Shown here in pieces: positions 1 to 9,693 of a stretch of DNA of 64,000 bases. Location: assembly GCA_964525735.1 (NCBI GenBank), contig CAZGJH010000002.1, forward strand, positions 6,433-70,432. Direction: 5' to 3'. Positions within the stretch are counted from its first letter, which is position 1. Each line of letters starts with the position of its first letter. The translations under genes and the position numbers were made by a program. The notes below the pieces were generated by a model that had not been told where the DNA came from, ran no database searches, and was given only the letters and a program-made list of their open reading frames with translations. The DNA comes from an uncultured Sangeribacter sp. Lineage in GTDB: Bacteria > Bacteroidota > Bacteroidia > Bacteroidales > Muribaculaceae.

Positions 1-1026
1 GGCGATCGTTTCGGCAGTATGTCGACCGACATACCGACACCGCAGGGTTTTACCCTTTCGATGGATACAATCAATCTTCTCCTTCCTTCGGCTTTCACAA
101 TCGCCATACTCGGTGCGATTGAGTCGTTGCTTTCGGCAACCGTAGCCGATGGTGTCACCGGTTCGCACACGCGATCAAATACCGAGTTGATCGGTCAGGG
201 GATCGCGAATATTGTTGTGCCGTTCTTCGGCGGTATCCCTGTGACAGGAGCTATCGCCCGCACGATGACCAACATCACGAACGGGGGACGCACACCGATT
301 GCGGGTATCATCCATTCGATTGTGCTACTTCTGATTTTCCTCTTCATGATGCCCCTTATCAATATGGTGCCGATGGCTTGTCTGGCAGCCGTACTGATTA
401 TGGTGAGCTACAACATGAGTGGTTGGCGCACAATCAAGGGTATACTCCACAACCCCAAAGGGGATGTGGCCGTGCTTGCGCTCACATTCCTTCTCACAGT
501 GATCTTCGATCTGACGATCGCGATCGAGATTGGTTTGCTCCTCGCAATCATTCTCTTCCTTCGTCGTGTCACTGAGAATACCCAGATTAAGGTGTATAGC
601 GAGCAGCTTGATGTAGCCGAGGGTACGGAGTCGACAAAGCATGAGGTGCTCGACGTGGCAAAGGGTGTGCAGGTTTATGAGATCGACGGCCCGTTCTTCT
701 TCGGTGTGGCTACCAAGTTTGAGGAGCTAACCCGTTCGACCATCGGTGCGAAACCGCTTGTGCGCATCATCAGAATGCGTAGAGTGCCGTTTATTGATGC
801 CACGGCAGTTCATAACTTAGAGATTCTGATTAAGTCGTCGCAGGAGGATGGGATTCATGTTGTGCTGTCGGGAGTAAATGGGAATGTGAAGTCGGTGCTT
901 GAGCATGTGGGGATTGATAAGCTCATTGGCAATGATCATATCTGCGCTAATATTACTATCGCTGTGGCGATGGCTAATAGGCTTGTGGCTAAATTGGAGC
1001 AGGAGCATCATCATCATGGGCTCTGA
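1..1026 (+). CDS. SulP family anion transporter with C-terminal STAS domain (5' part lies outside the window)
   Basis: The frame is open from base 1. SulP motifs ESLLSATVADG, ELIGQGIANIV and TGAIART are followed by STAS motifs YEIDGPFFFG and VPFIDATA. Confidence 0.93.
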   Translation, partial: GDRFGSMSTDIPTPQGFTLSMDTINLLLPSAFTIAILGAIESLLSATVADGVTGSHTRSNTELIGQGIANIVVPFFGGIPVTGAIARTMTNITNGGRTPIAGIIHSIVLLLIFLFMMPLINMVPMACLAAVLIMVSYNMSGWRTIKGILHNPKGDVAVLALTFLLTVIFDLTIAIEIGLLLAIILFLRRVTENTQIKVYSEQLDVAEGTESTKHEVLDVAKGVQVYEIDGPFFFGVATKFEELTRSTIGAKPLVRIIRMRRVPFIDATAVHNLEILIKSSQEDGIHVVLSGVNGNVKSVLEHVGIDKLIGNDHICANITIAVAMANRLVAKLEQEHHHHGL

Positions 1027-1045
1027 GAATCTTTTTTATACAAAT

Positions 1046-1075
1046 AGGGCTGCCAGGAGATTTTCTGGCAGCCCT
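1046..1075. terminator. Probable bidirectional intrinsic terminator between the convergent SulP gene and lon
   Basis: Inverted repeat agggctgccag / ctggcagccct with an 8-nt loop. Confidence 0.75.
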
Positions 1076-1081
1076 GATTCT

Positions 1082-3502
1082 TTAGAGGGGGAAGCGATAG
1101 TCGGCGAGGTCGGGGAGGAGGGCGAGGTTTAGGACGTCTTCTACTGTCTCGACGTAGTGGAAGGTGAGGCCTTTGAGGTAGCGTTCGTTGATCTCGGCTA
1201 TGTCTTTGGCGTTTTCGCTTGAAAGGATTATGTCGGTGATGCCGGCTCGTTTGGCGGCGAGGATCTTCTCCTTGATTCCGCCCACGGGAAGCACCTTGCC
1301 ACGCAAAGTGATCTCGCCAGTCATGGCCAATTTCTCCTTCACTTTTCTTCCGGTGAAGGCTGAGGCGATTGCCGTGGCCATCGTAACTCCGGCCGAGGGT
1401 CCATCTTTCGGAATGGCTCCCTCCGGCACATGGATGTGGATGTTCTTCTTGTTGAACGCCTCCGGGTCGATGCCCAATCTCTCAGCGTGAGCCTTGAGGT
1501 ATTGAAGAGCAATGGCTGCCGATTCCTTCATGACATCGCCCAAATTTCCGGTGAGGGTAAGCTTTTCACCGTTGCCGTTGGAAAGGGAACACTCAATGAA
1601 AAGGATTTCGCCGCCAACTTGTGTCCATGCCAGACCAGTGACGACACCGGCGAATTTGTTGGTCTCATAACGGTCGGGGTTTACTTCCTCCTTGCCAAGG
1701 TATTCCTTCACCAATGCTGGGGTGACCACGGTGGGGTATTCCTTCTGCGACGCTTTAAGACGAGCAATCTTGCGCAACGCCTTGGCAATTTTCTTTTCAA
1801 GTTGCCGCACACCCGATTCGCGTGTGTAACGCTCTATGATCAAACGAATAGCATCGTCGGCAAAGGTGATCTCACCCTTGGAGAAGCCATGTTCTTCGAG
1901 ACTTTTGGGGACGAGGTGACGTTTCGCGATCTCGATCTTCTCTTCAGGAATGTAGCCGCCCATTTCGATGATCTCCATACGGTCGAGCAGGGGACGTGAG
2001 ATCTCAGAAAGATTGTTGGCAGTGGCTATAAAGAGAATCTTCGAGAGATCGTAGTCGGTGCCGAGATAGTTGTCGTGAAACTTGGAGTTCTGTTCAGGGT
2101 CGAGCACTTCGAGGAGAGCCGTCGAGGGGTCGCCCTTGAAATCATGGCCCATTTTATCGATCTCGTCGAGCACGAAGACAGGGTTGCTTGTGCCGCATTT
2201 CTGAAGAGCGGAGATTATTCGGCCAGGCATCGCCCCGACGTATGTGCGTCGGTGTCCTCGAATTTCGGCTTCATCGTGAACGCCACCCAATGACACACGG
2301 GCATATTCGCGGCCGAGGGCATCGGCTATGGAGCGTCCGAGAGATGTTTTGCCCACTCCCGGAGGGCCATAAAGGCAGATGATAGGCGATTTCATATCGT
2401 TGCGCAGTTTGAGCACAGCCATATGCTCAATGATTCGCTCCTTCACTTGCTCAAGGCCATAATGGTCGCGGTCGAGAATCTTCTCAACCTTGGTGAGGGC
2501 AAAGTTGTCGGGCGAATACTTCTCCCAGGGGAGGGAGAGGAGAGTTTCGAGATAAGCGAACTGGACTGCGTAATCGGGGCTATTGGTGCTGATGCGTTCA
2601 AGACGTGTCAGCTCTTTATCGAAATGAGCACGTGCCTCCTTGTTCCAGGGCATCTTCTTCGCCTTCTCCCTTAACTCACTGAGATCGGAAGTCTCTTTTT
2701 CGCCAAGTTCCTCCTGAATAGTGCGGAGTTGCTGCTGGAGAAAGTGGGTGCGTTGCTGCTGGTTGAGATCCTGATGAGTGCGCATGTGAATGTTGGCTTG
2801 GATCTCGAGTTTCTGAATAAGGACGTCGAGCATCGAAAGGAAGAGCTCGAGTTGGGTTCTGAAATTCTTGGCAGCAAGAAGTTCGGCTTTCTCCTCAAGA
2901 GTAAGGGGAGTGGTAGAGATCATAAAGGCCACGTTGCCTTCACGATGTTCTTCTATATCTTCGACTTCTATGTTCATGTGGCCCCGTTCATCTTCGGGGA
3001 AGAAAGCAGCCACTTTTGCGTAAGCCTCTCTTACGGAGTCGAATAAGACTTTGGTTTCGTATTCATTGTCGCTTACGAGGGCTGGAGAGATAGCGATTTC
3101 GCCCATCACTGGTTTCTCCTTTCGGATAATTTTCTTGAGCCTTGCGCGCGGGCCAGGCATGACGAAGGCGACCGGTTCGAGATGAGGAGCGTGAATAATC
3201 TTTGCGATTCTGCACACACACCCCATAGAGTAGAAGTCGCGGAGCCGGTTGGCTTCAGAATCGGGCTTCTTCAGAGCAATTCCGAGGACACATTCACCCG
3301 TCTCGTAAGCTTTCTCTGCAATCTCTAAATCATTTGGATTAGAGAGTCTTACGGGAATTGGTATTGCAGTGAAGAGAACGTTTTCTCTCAAAGGGAAGAT
3401 GACGATTTCGTGACCGAAAGTAAATTGGCGCACCTCCTCATCATTTGGGAATTCTGCTATAATAGAGCCGCTGTATGCAATATCGGGCGATTGTTGTGCC
3501 AT
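1082..3502 (-). CDS. lon: ATP-dependent Lon protease (La)
   Basis: Walker A GPPGVGKTS, Walker B VFVLDEIDK, catalytic PKDGPSAG and the Lys motif VGGIKEK. Start moved to MAQQSP (3502) because the longer ORF overlaps the divergent gene and promoters. Confidence 0.97.
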   Translation of the reverse strand: MAQQSPDIAYSGSIIAEFPNDEEVRQFTFGHEIVIFPLRENVLFTAIPIPVRLSNPNDLEIAEKAYETGECVLGIALKKPDSEANRLRDFYSMGCVCRIAKIIHAPHLEPVAFVMPGPRARLKKIIRKEKPVMGEIAISPALVSDNEYETKVLFDSVREAYAKVAAFFPEDERGHMNIEVEDIEEHREGNVAFMISTTPLTLEEKAELLAAKNFRTQLELFLSMLDVLIQKLEIQANIHMRTHQDLNQQQRTHFLQQQLRTIQEELGEKETSDLSELREKAKKMPWNKEARAHFDKELTRLERISTNSPDYAVQFAYLETLLSLPWEKYSPDNFALTKVEKILDRDHYGLEQVKERIIEHMAVLKLRNDMKSPIICLYGPPGVGKTSLGRSIADALGREYARVSLGGVHDEAEIRGHRRTYVGAMPGRIISALQKCGTSNPVFVLDEIDKMGHDFKGDPSTALLEVLDPEQNSKFHDNYLGTDYDLSKILFIATANNLSEISRPLLDRMEIIEMGGYIPEEKIEIAKRHLVPKSLEEHGFSKGEITFADDAIRLIIERYTRESGVRQLEKKIAKALRKIARLKASQKEYPTVVTPALVKEYLGKEEVNPDRYETNKFAGVVTGLAWTQVGGEILFIECSLSNGNGEKLTLTGNLGDVMKESAAIALQYLKAHAERLGIDPEAFNKKNIHIHVPEGAIPKDGPSAGVTMATAIASAFTGRKVKEKLAMTGEITLRGKVLPVGGIKEKILAAKRAGITDIILSSENAKDIAEINERYLKGLTFHYVETVEDVLNLALLPDLADYRFPL

Positions 3503-3535
3503 AAAATTTTGGTTGATTTTTTTCAAACGATGGTG

Positions 3536-3563
3536 CAAAGTTAATGAAAATTCTGTATTTTTG
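3536..3563. promoter_or_regulatory. Back-to-back Bacteroidetes -7 promoter elements for lon (-) and the tRNA methyltransferase gene (+)
   Basis: TAACTTTG on the minus strand (3543-3536) and TATTTTTG on the plus strand (3556-3563) both match TAnnTTTG. Confidence 0.65.
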
Positions 3564-3587
3564 CACATAAGATACGTAGATAATTGT

Positions 3588-4313
3588 ATGAAGGAACGTC
3601 TTTTCAGATTCAAACAGTTTGCAGTGGCCCACTCAAGGAGCGCGATGAAAGTGGGAGTGGATGGTGTGCTCATTGGTGCATGGGCCACGCCGAGCCAGGG
3701 CTATGTGCTCGATGTGGGATGCGGCTGCGGTCTGATAGCCCTGATGATGGCTCAGCGAGCCTCAGGGGGGAGGATCACGGGGCTGGATATACATGAAGAT
3801 TCAGTAGAGGAAGCCCGATTTAATGTGGAGCGCTCTCCCTGGAGCGAACGTGTGGAGATAATTCAATCGGATTTCTCAGAATTTATCGGCAAATGCAAGA
3901 TGGAGGGGAGACGTTTCGATTTGATTATCAGTAATCCACCATTTTTCAATGCCGGTGTGGCAACACCGCTGACTCCACGGGAGCAGGCTCGCCATCAGGG
4001 CTCGTTGACACCGGCTTTGATACTCACTTCAGGCAGGGAGGTTTTGACTCCCGGGGGGAAGATCGCCATGATTGTGCCCTCTTCGGAGGGGGAGGGGTTG
4101 AAGCGCATTGCGAGGGATTGCGGGCTCTTCGTTCAGAGGGAATGTATGGTGCGCGACCATCAGACGGCTCCCGTGAAGCGCGTCATGATAGAATTCGGTC
4201 TTTCCGATTCGGGATGTGATGATTGCTTCGAAGAATTGGTGATGTTTGACGAATCAAAAGAACCTACGGAGGCATATCGAGAGCTTTGCAAGGAATTTTA
4301 TTTGAGATTTTGA
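3588..4313 (+). CDS. tRNA1(Val) (adenine37-N6)-methyltransferase, TrmN6/YfiC family
   Basis: N-terminal FRFKQF...MKVGVDGVL, SAM motif VLDVGCGCG and catalytic SNPPFF. Start at MKERLF. Confidence 0.88.
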   Translation: MKERLFRFKQFAVAHSRSAMKVGVDGVLIGAWATPSQGYVLDVGCGCGLIALMMAQRASGGRITGLDIHEDSVEEARFNVERSPWSERVEIIQSDFSEFIGKCKMEGRRFDLIISNPPFFNAGVATPLTPREQARHQGSLTPALILTSGREVLTPGGKIAMIVPSSEGEGLKRIARDCGLFVQRECMVRDHQTAPVKRVMIEFGLSDSGCDDCFEELVMFDESKEPTEAYRELCKEFYLRF

Positions 4314-4492
4314 GACAGCAGAGGGTTAAACTTTAAGCCTTTAAGATTGTCATATAGGAAAAGAATTTCGATCTTGAGCGTTATTTTGATGATTTATCAT
4401 TATGTTTGGTGGGTCATCAAGACGAAAGAGAGGATTTTCACGTTAATTAAATAGGATAGGAAGAGATTTATTATCGATAAATATTCAATATT

Positions 4493-5722
4493 ATGAGACA
4501 TCAACTTTTACTTTCGGGAATACTACTGTTGTCGGCACCTGCGCTGATGGCGCAGAGCTATTTCGACGACGATATATATTATAATCCGGCTAAGGAGAAT
4601 TCTTCTAATAAGACTTCAAGCAACAACAAGAAGAAGAAACAGTCGAATTATATCAGCAATATGGCCGAGATGGATGTAGACGATTACAATCGTCGCAACC
4701 AATATTACGCCACGCCAATCGACACAATCGGACAGTATGTGGAGAATGGTGAGGATTTCGTATATACCCAGCAGATTCAGAAATACTATAATCCCACGAT
4801 TGTGGTAGATAATTCTGATGTGCTTGAAGATGTCTTGGCCAACGCTTACGGTAATGTAGAGATTGTGATCAACAACAACGGCATACCCGTTTTCTCGCCT
4901 TATTACTCTTACAACTGGCCTTACTACAGTGGTTGGGGATGGAATATAGGTGGCTGGGGTTGGAACCTCTCCTTCTACGATCCCTGGTATTCATGGGGCT
5001 GGGGCCCGTCATGGAATTGGGGACCCGCATGGGGGCCTTCGTGGGGTTGGGGTCCCTCTTGGGGATGGGGACCATCCTGGGGCTGGGGCCCGTCGTGGGG
5101 TTGGGGTCCGGCATGGGCTGGCCCGTCGCGACCCGGAGCCACTTGGCGTCCTAATGGGAATCGACCTGTAGGTCCGGCTCCTGGCTGGTCGGGCAATCAT
5201 CGTCCCGGTGTGGGCTCGCACAATGTTGGCGGTGGCTCATCGAGATACCCTGGCACAACGGTAGGTGGCAATCATCGTCCAGGAGTCGGTGGTACGACCG
5301 TAGCCGGTCGGCCCGGATCTAACGGCGCACGTCCCGGTGGTGCGGGGGTTGTCAACAACAATGGCCGTTGGGAGTATGTAAACGGTGGCCACAGAGTTCC
5401 GGCTGGCAGCTCAGGCACTTCGTCGGCCTTCCCTGGCACGTCGACACGTCCTGCCACGACTAATTCGACCCGTCCCGGCAGCTCAACTCGCCCGGCTACG
5501 ACAACAACGACTCGCCCGGCTACGACTACAAACCGTCAGCAGAGCACAACCACAAACCGTAATCACTACAACAGCAACCAGACGCAGAGTCAGCCGAGTC
5601 GCAGTTTCAATACGGGACGGTCGACATCGGGCGGTTCGAGAAGCAGCGGTGGCAGCTATGGCAGCGGACGCAGCTCAGGCGGTGGCAGCCGTGGCACAAC
5701 CGGTGGCGGTCGCAGACGCTGA
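4493..5722 (+). CDS. Secreted low-complexity protein with WGWGPS repeats and a Gly/Ser/Thr/Arg-rich tail
   Basis: Signal peptide, then DDIYY motif, aromatic repeats and a disordered tail ending GGGRRR. This type of protein often precedes FadL-like genes in Bacteroidales. Confidence 0.8.
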   Translation: MRHQLLLSGILLLSAPALMAQSYFDDDIYYNPAKENSSNKTSSNNKKKKQSNYISNMAEMDVDDYNRRNQYYATPIDTIGQYVENGEDFVYTQQIQKYYNPTIVVDNSDVLEDVLANAYGNVEIVINNNGIPVFSPYYSYNWPYYSGWGWNIGGWGWNLSFYDPWYSWGWGPSWNWGPAWGPSWGWGPSWGWGPSWGWGPSWGWGPAWAGPSRPGATWRPNGNRPVGPAPGWSGNHRPGVGSHNVGGGSSRYPGTTVGGNHRPGVGGTTVAGRPGSNGARPGGAGVVNNNGRWEYVNGGHRVPAGSSGTSSAFPGTSTRPATTNSTRPGSSTRPATTTTTRPATTTNRQQSTTTNRNHYNSNQTQSQPSRSFNTGRSTSGGSRSSGGSYGSGRSSGGGSRGTTGGGRRR

Positions 5723-5793
5723 TTTATGACATTCTTTTACGTCAGCAGCAGATTGTATTTTTCCTTAACCAGACTATACCAGAACAATAGAAT

Positions 5794-7566
5794 ATGAAGA
5801 GAAGTCTTTTCATGATATCTTTGTCGATAGCGGCCACAGGAGGCGCTTTCGCGCAAAGTGCCGTCGACGGCTATCGCATTTCACAACCTGACTTGAAGGG
5901 CACGGCTCGTTTCATGTCGATGGGTGGCGCATTCGGAGCCCTCGGTGGCGATCTTTCAACATTGTCGCAAAATCCTGCCGGCATCGGCGTCTACAGAAGC
6001 AATGACGTTGGAGTGACGGTAAATCTCGACCTTCAGAGCTCCACCTCAGAGTCGCAAGGGCAGAAATTTTCAGCCGACCAGACAAAATTCCTACTTAATA
6101 ATATAGGAGGCGTATTCACGATGCGTCTGCCGAGCGTGACGGTGCCCAATCTCAATATCGGTTTCACCTATAATAAGGGAGCGTCGTTTAATCGTCAGTA
6201 TTCCGGCATCATTCCGACCCTCAACACATCGCTGAGCAACTACATTGCGGGCGTATGTAATGGTGAGCAGCTTACTGCGGGCGATGTCACTACATTGTAT
6301 GGTAACAACGGTGGGATCTCCTTCGATCCTTACAATCCCAACGACGGCGGTTATGGCGCACCGTGGATTTCGATTCTCGGTTACGACAGCTACCTCGTTT
6401 CACCCTCCGACGACACGGCTAATGCAGAATGGTATGGCCAATGGGGCACAGGGACATCGGGACGCGGACAGTTTAATGTTGTGGAGAAGGGATCGTTTGA
6501 CGAATTCAATATCGCGTTTGGTGGCAACATCATGAACGTGGTGTATTGGGGTATGGATTTTGACATCGTCAATTTCAACTACACCTTGAATTCAATATGG
6601 GGCGAGCAGCTCGACAATGCCTATGTGGCCGACCGCAACAATATCACGACACGCACAACTGCTGATTGGACATTGGGCAACTATTACAACATACATGGTT
6701 CAGGTTTCAACTACAAGTTGGGCGTGATCCTGAAGCCTATTCAGGAACTGCGAATCGGTGTGGCTTTCCACACGCCAACCTGGATGAATCTTTCCGAGAC
6801 ATTCGGTGGCGACGTCAACTATGCTTACGGCAATGGCGAGAACGGACAGGCGTTGACGAATCAGGGACGCTATGGCTACAATGACCTCTGCTTCCGCACT
6901 CCGTGGAAGTTTCTCGGAAGTATCGCCGGTGTGATTGGTTCGAGCTTCATTCTGTCGGCCGATTACGAGTATACCCCTTACAATCAGATGAAATTCTCTG
7001 ACGCTGGCAGCTACGGTATCAGCAGCGGTTGGGATGATGGCTGGTATGACGACGGCTGGTATGACGGACCTTACTGGGCCCCGGCCCAAAAGGCACAGAG
7101 CGCACCTTCAAAGGCAAACGTAACTCAGAAGCCCGCCGGATTCTTTGAAGAGGATACATATTATTGGACCAACTCCGATATCAAGACGATGTATAAGGCA
7201 ACTCATACGTTCCGTTTGGGTGCTGAGTATCGCGTCACTCCCGCCTTCAGCGTGAGAGCCGGATATAGCCACGTAACATCTCCCGTAGATAAGAAAGTGG
7301 CTGACGATAAGGTAACTGTGTTCACTTCAGGCACGCTGCCCAACTATCGTATCGACAACCACACCAACTACATTACTTGTGGTCTGGGGTATCGCTATCA
7401 GAAATTCTATGTCGACTTAGCTTATGTGTATAAGAACATGAATTCGACGTATCATGCATTCACGCCTGATGTTGATGCCGACAACGGGATTTCTATTCCT
7501 TCGCCGCAGGCCAAGCTTTCGCTCAACAACAGCCAGGTTGTGCTCAGTGCCGGATTCAGATTCTGA
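5794..7566 (+). CDS. OmpP1/FadL-like outer membrane beta-barrel transporter
   Basis: Signal peptide, GTARFMSMGGAFGALGGD..NPAG motif and C-terminal barrel signature SAGFRF. Confidence 0.85.
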   Translation: MKRSLFMISLSIAATGGAFAQSAVDGYRISQPDLKGTARFMSMGGAFGALGGDLSTLSQNPAGIGVYRSNDVGVTVNLDLQSSTSESQGQKFSADQTKFLLNNIGGVFTMRLPSVTVPNLNIGFTYNKGASFNRQYSGIIPTLNTSLSNYIAGVCNGEQLTAGDVTTLYGNNGGISFDPYNPNDGGYGAPWISILGYDSYLVSPSDDTANAEWYGQWGTGTSGRGQFNVVEKGSFDEFNIAFGGNIMNVVYWGMDFDIVNFNYTLNSIWGEQLDNAYVADRNNITTRTTADWTLGNYYNIHGSGFNYKLGVILKPIQELRIGVAFHTPTWMNLSETFGGDVNYAYGNGENGQALTNQGRYGYNDLCFRTPWKFLGSIAGVIGSSFILSADYEYTPYNQMKFSDAGSYGISSGWDDGWYDDGWYDGPYWAPAQKAQSAPSKANVTQKPAGFFEEDTYYWTNSDIKTMYKATHTFRLGAEYRVTPAFSVRAGYSHVTSPVDKKVADDKVTVFTSGTLPNYRIDNHTNYITCGLGYRYQKFYVDLAYVYKNMNSTYHAFTPDVDADNGISIPSPQAKLSLNNSQVVLSAGFRF

Positions 7567-7570
7567 TTTC

Positions 7571-7624
7571 TCAGACTCTTTCCGTGATTCAGACTCTTTC
7601 CGTGCTTAAGACTCTTTCGGCAAG
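7571..7624. repeat. Three 18-bp tandem repeats spanning the stop codon of the methyltransferase gene
   Basis: tcagactctttccgtgat / tcagactctttccgtgct / taagactctttcggcaag. Confidence 0.85.
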
Positions 7625-8884
7625 GATGAGTATCGGTTTTGAGAGGGTGGTGCCGTAAAGGAAGTGATCCTTACCCTCTTTTACCTTCAGCGTTTTACGG
7701 AGCTCAGCAACGGAAAGGGGATAATTTCTTACAGCTACATTGACCGGGAGTCCTTTGAGGGATTTCCGGTCTTTTTTCTCTATCACCCTCTCGATGCGGA
7801 GCACGCGCCCTGGAAATTCGGGATAGAGTTCAGGGCTCGTGAAGAGGTGGGATGAGGGGGCGAGTTTCTTCAGGGAGGGGAATTTGGTGGAGAGCTCTTT
7901 CCAGGGGGCGAGCTTCATGACGGCGGCATTCGGTTCGTAAAGGTAAGAGCCGTTAGAGAGGTCGGACTCTGAAGCGTAGCTGGGCAAGGTTTCGGAAGCG
8001 TAGCTTGGCTCTGTTTCGGGAGCTGGAGCGGGGCTTTCGGGTTGGGAGGAGTAGCTGAATCGAGAGATTATGGCGCCTGCTTCATTTAGATCGATTGCTT
8101 CATATAATATAGGAGTAAGAGATAGGTTGGCTGACGTGTTGTCATGCCGTGAGGCTTCAACGAGAATCTCTTTACATTCGCCTTGAACGCACAGGGCTCG
8201 AATAGCGGTGACATTTCTGATGTCTTTCAATGTTTGAGTCACGTCGAGCAGGGGAGAGGCTTTTATTATGAGATGCTTGGAACGGTTGAGCAGAGAGTCT
8301 TGTAGAGCAATTATGTCGGGGAGGCAATCGTGGAAGTTGTAGGCACGCGAATTGTCTTCCTTCCTGCGGGCAGGGTCGATGAAAATGATGTCAAAACGAC
8401 GGTCGGATTTTTCAAGCCAATCAACGGAATCGGCGTTGATGACTTCGAGATTCCGCTTTCCGAGCAGCTCGGAATCGTATTTAAGTGTGGCGGCTTTCAG
8501 CGGGTCGAGTTCGATGGCTACGGCTTCAGAAGCATTTTCCGCCATAGTCATAGCGTCGATACCAAGACCGGCGGTCATGTCAAGCAGCGTGCAATCCGAT
8601 AACAGCGAGGCGTGAAATTGGGCTACGGCTTGATGACTGGCTTGTTCGGCGCTAAGCGTGGAGGGGAATAGAAACTTCTTGTTTTGTATGAAGTTTTTCA
8701 GCTTGCGTGAGCATTTCTTTCGGCTTTCTATCTGAGTCAAAGCAAAATCCACGTCAAAATTCGTGGCTTTATCATGCAGGCTAAGACGCAGTTTGATAGG
8801 ATCGCCGTTGATATGACTTGCGATGAAATCGAAAAATTCGGGAGATAGAGTTGGAAGGTGAAGATCGGGAGATATTGTAGACAT
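7589..8884 (-). CDS. Class I SAM-dependent methyltransferase with THUMP-like C-terminal region
   Basis: LDMTAGLGID SAM motif, IFIDPARR, KASPLLD and YLYEPNAAVMK. Confidence 0.82.
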   Translation of the reverse strand: MSTISPDLHLPTLSPEFFDFIASHINGDPIKLRLSLHDKATNFDVDFALTQIESRKKCSRKLKNFIQNKKFLFPSTLSAEQASHQAVAQFHASLLSDCTLLDMTAGLGIDAMTMAENASEAVAIELDPLKAATLKYDSELLGKRNLEVINADSVDWLEKSDRRFDIIFIDPARRKEDNSRAYNFHDCLPDIIALQDSLLNRSKHLIIKASPLLDVTQTLKDIRNVTAIRALCVQGECKEILVEASRHDNTSANLSLTPILYEAIDLNEAGAIISRFSYSSQPESPAPAPETEPSYASETLPSYASESDLSNGSYLYEPNAAVMKLAPWKELSTKFPSLKKLAPSSHLFTSPELYPEFPGRVLRIERVIEKKDRKSLKGLPVNVAVRNYPLSVAELRKTLKVKEGKDHFLYGTTLSKPILILAERVLSTERV

Positions 8885-9028
8885 ATTTGACGTTTTCTGG
8901 TTTGGTGCGACAAATATAACAACCTTTTAGATTATTACCAAAATAAAAAGCATTAAATCACGTATAATAAGAAGTTGACAAAGCTTCAGGAATCGCCATT
9001 TTTTACGATTCCTCAAATTGAGAAGATA

Positions 9029-9526
9029 ATGTTGAATTTTGCAGCCATAGATTTTGAAACAGCCAATCGCGACATGTGCAGCGTTTGCAGCGTGGGTGTT
9101 GTGATTGTAAAGGAGGGTAAGGTTGTAAAGAAGATTTACAAGCTTATTCATCCTGTGCCGAATTATTATAGTCCGTCGAACATTGCGGTGCATGGTCTTA
9201 CTAAGGCTGACACTGAGAGTGCGGATACCTTCCCCGAGGTGTGGGCAGAGATAGCTCCTCAGATTGAGGGCCTCCCGCTCGTGGCCCATTTCAGCCGGTT
9301 TGACGAGGGGTGTCTGAAAGCCGCTTTCCGCCGATTTGAGATGACTTATCCCTCCTCGTATAAGTTTTATTGCACCTGCACGGCTTCGCGCCGTGTGTTT
9401 GGAAATTCGTTGCCCAATCATAAGCTTCCGACTGTTGCACGCCGTTGCGGGTATGATCTGGAGCATCATCATCATGCGATGGCTGACGCTGAAGCTGCGG
9501 CCGCGATAGCTTTAAAAATTCTTTAA
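9029..9526 (+). CDS. DEDDh 3'-5' exonuclease (DNA polymerase III epsilon-like)
   Basis: ExoI AIDFETAN, ExoII LVAH..FD and ExoIII HHAMADA. Confidence 0.9.
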   Translation: MLNFAAIDFETANRDMCSVCSVGVVIVKEGKVVKKIYKLIHPVPNYYSPSNIAVHGLTKADTESADTFPEVWAEIAPQIEGLPLVAHFSRFDEGCLKAAFRRFEMTYPSSYKFYCTCTASRRVFGNSLPNHKLPTVARRCGYDLEHHHHAMADAEAAAAIALKIL

Positions 9527-9693
9527 AAATCACCCATAAGTCAGTAATATTTGGTTTTTTCTCCGTTCTTTGCTGAATGGAGAAAATTTTTTTGTAACTT
9601 TGCATAGGAATCTTTTTTACGATTCCTTAGCCAATTGTTGGCTGATAGGTGGCTATCGGCTGTGAGGTATGGCATTTTTGATAATAAAAATTT

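Noticed and set aside
3503-3688. N-terminal extensions of lon and the tRNA methyltransferase in the ORF track
   Set aside because: They overlap each other and the divergent promoters. Downstream ATGs fit the expected family starts.
4869-5221. Overlapping repeat ORFs such as the GPQPHD-repeat peptide
   Set aside because: These are antisense or alternate-frame shadows of the WGWGPS repeat.
7971-8010. 24-bp duplication (PSYASETL/PSYASESD) in the methyltransferase gene
   Set aside because: It is an in-frame micro-duplication in a linker, with no evident functional signal.
9460-9480. His-tract as a metal-binding tag in the exonuclease
   Set aside because: It is part of the normal ExoIII HxAxxD motif.
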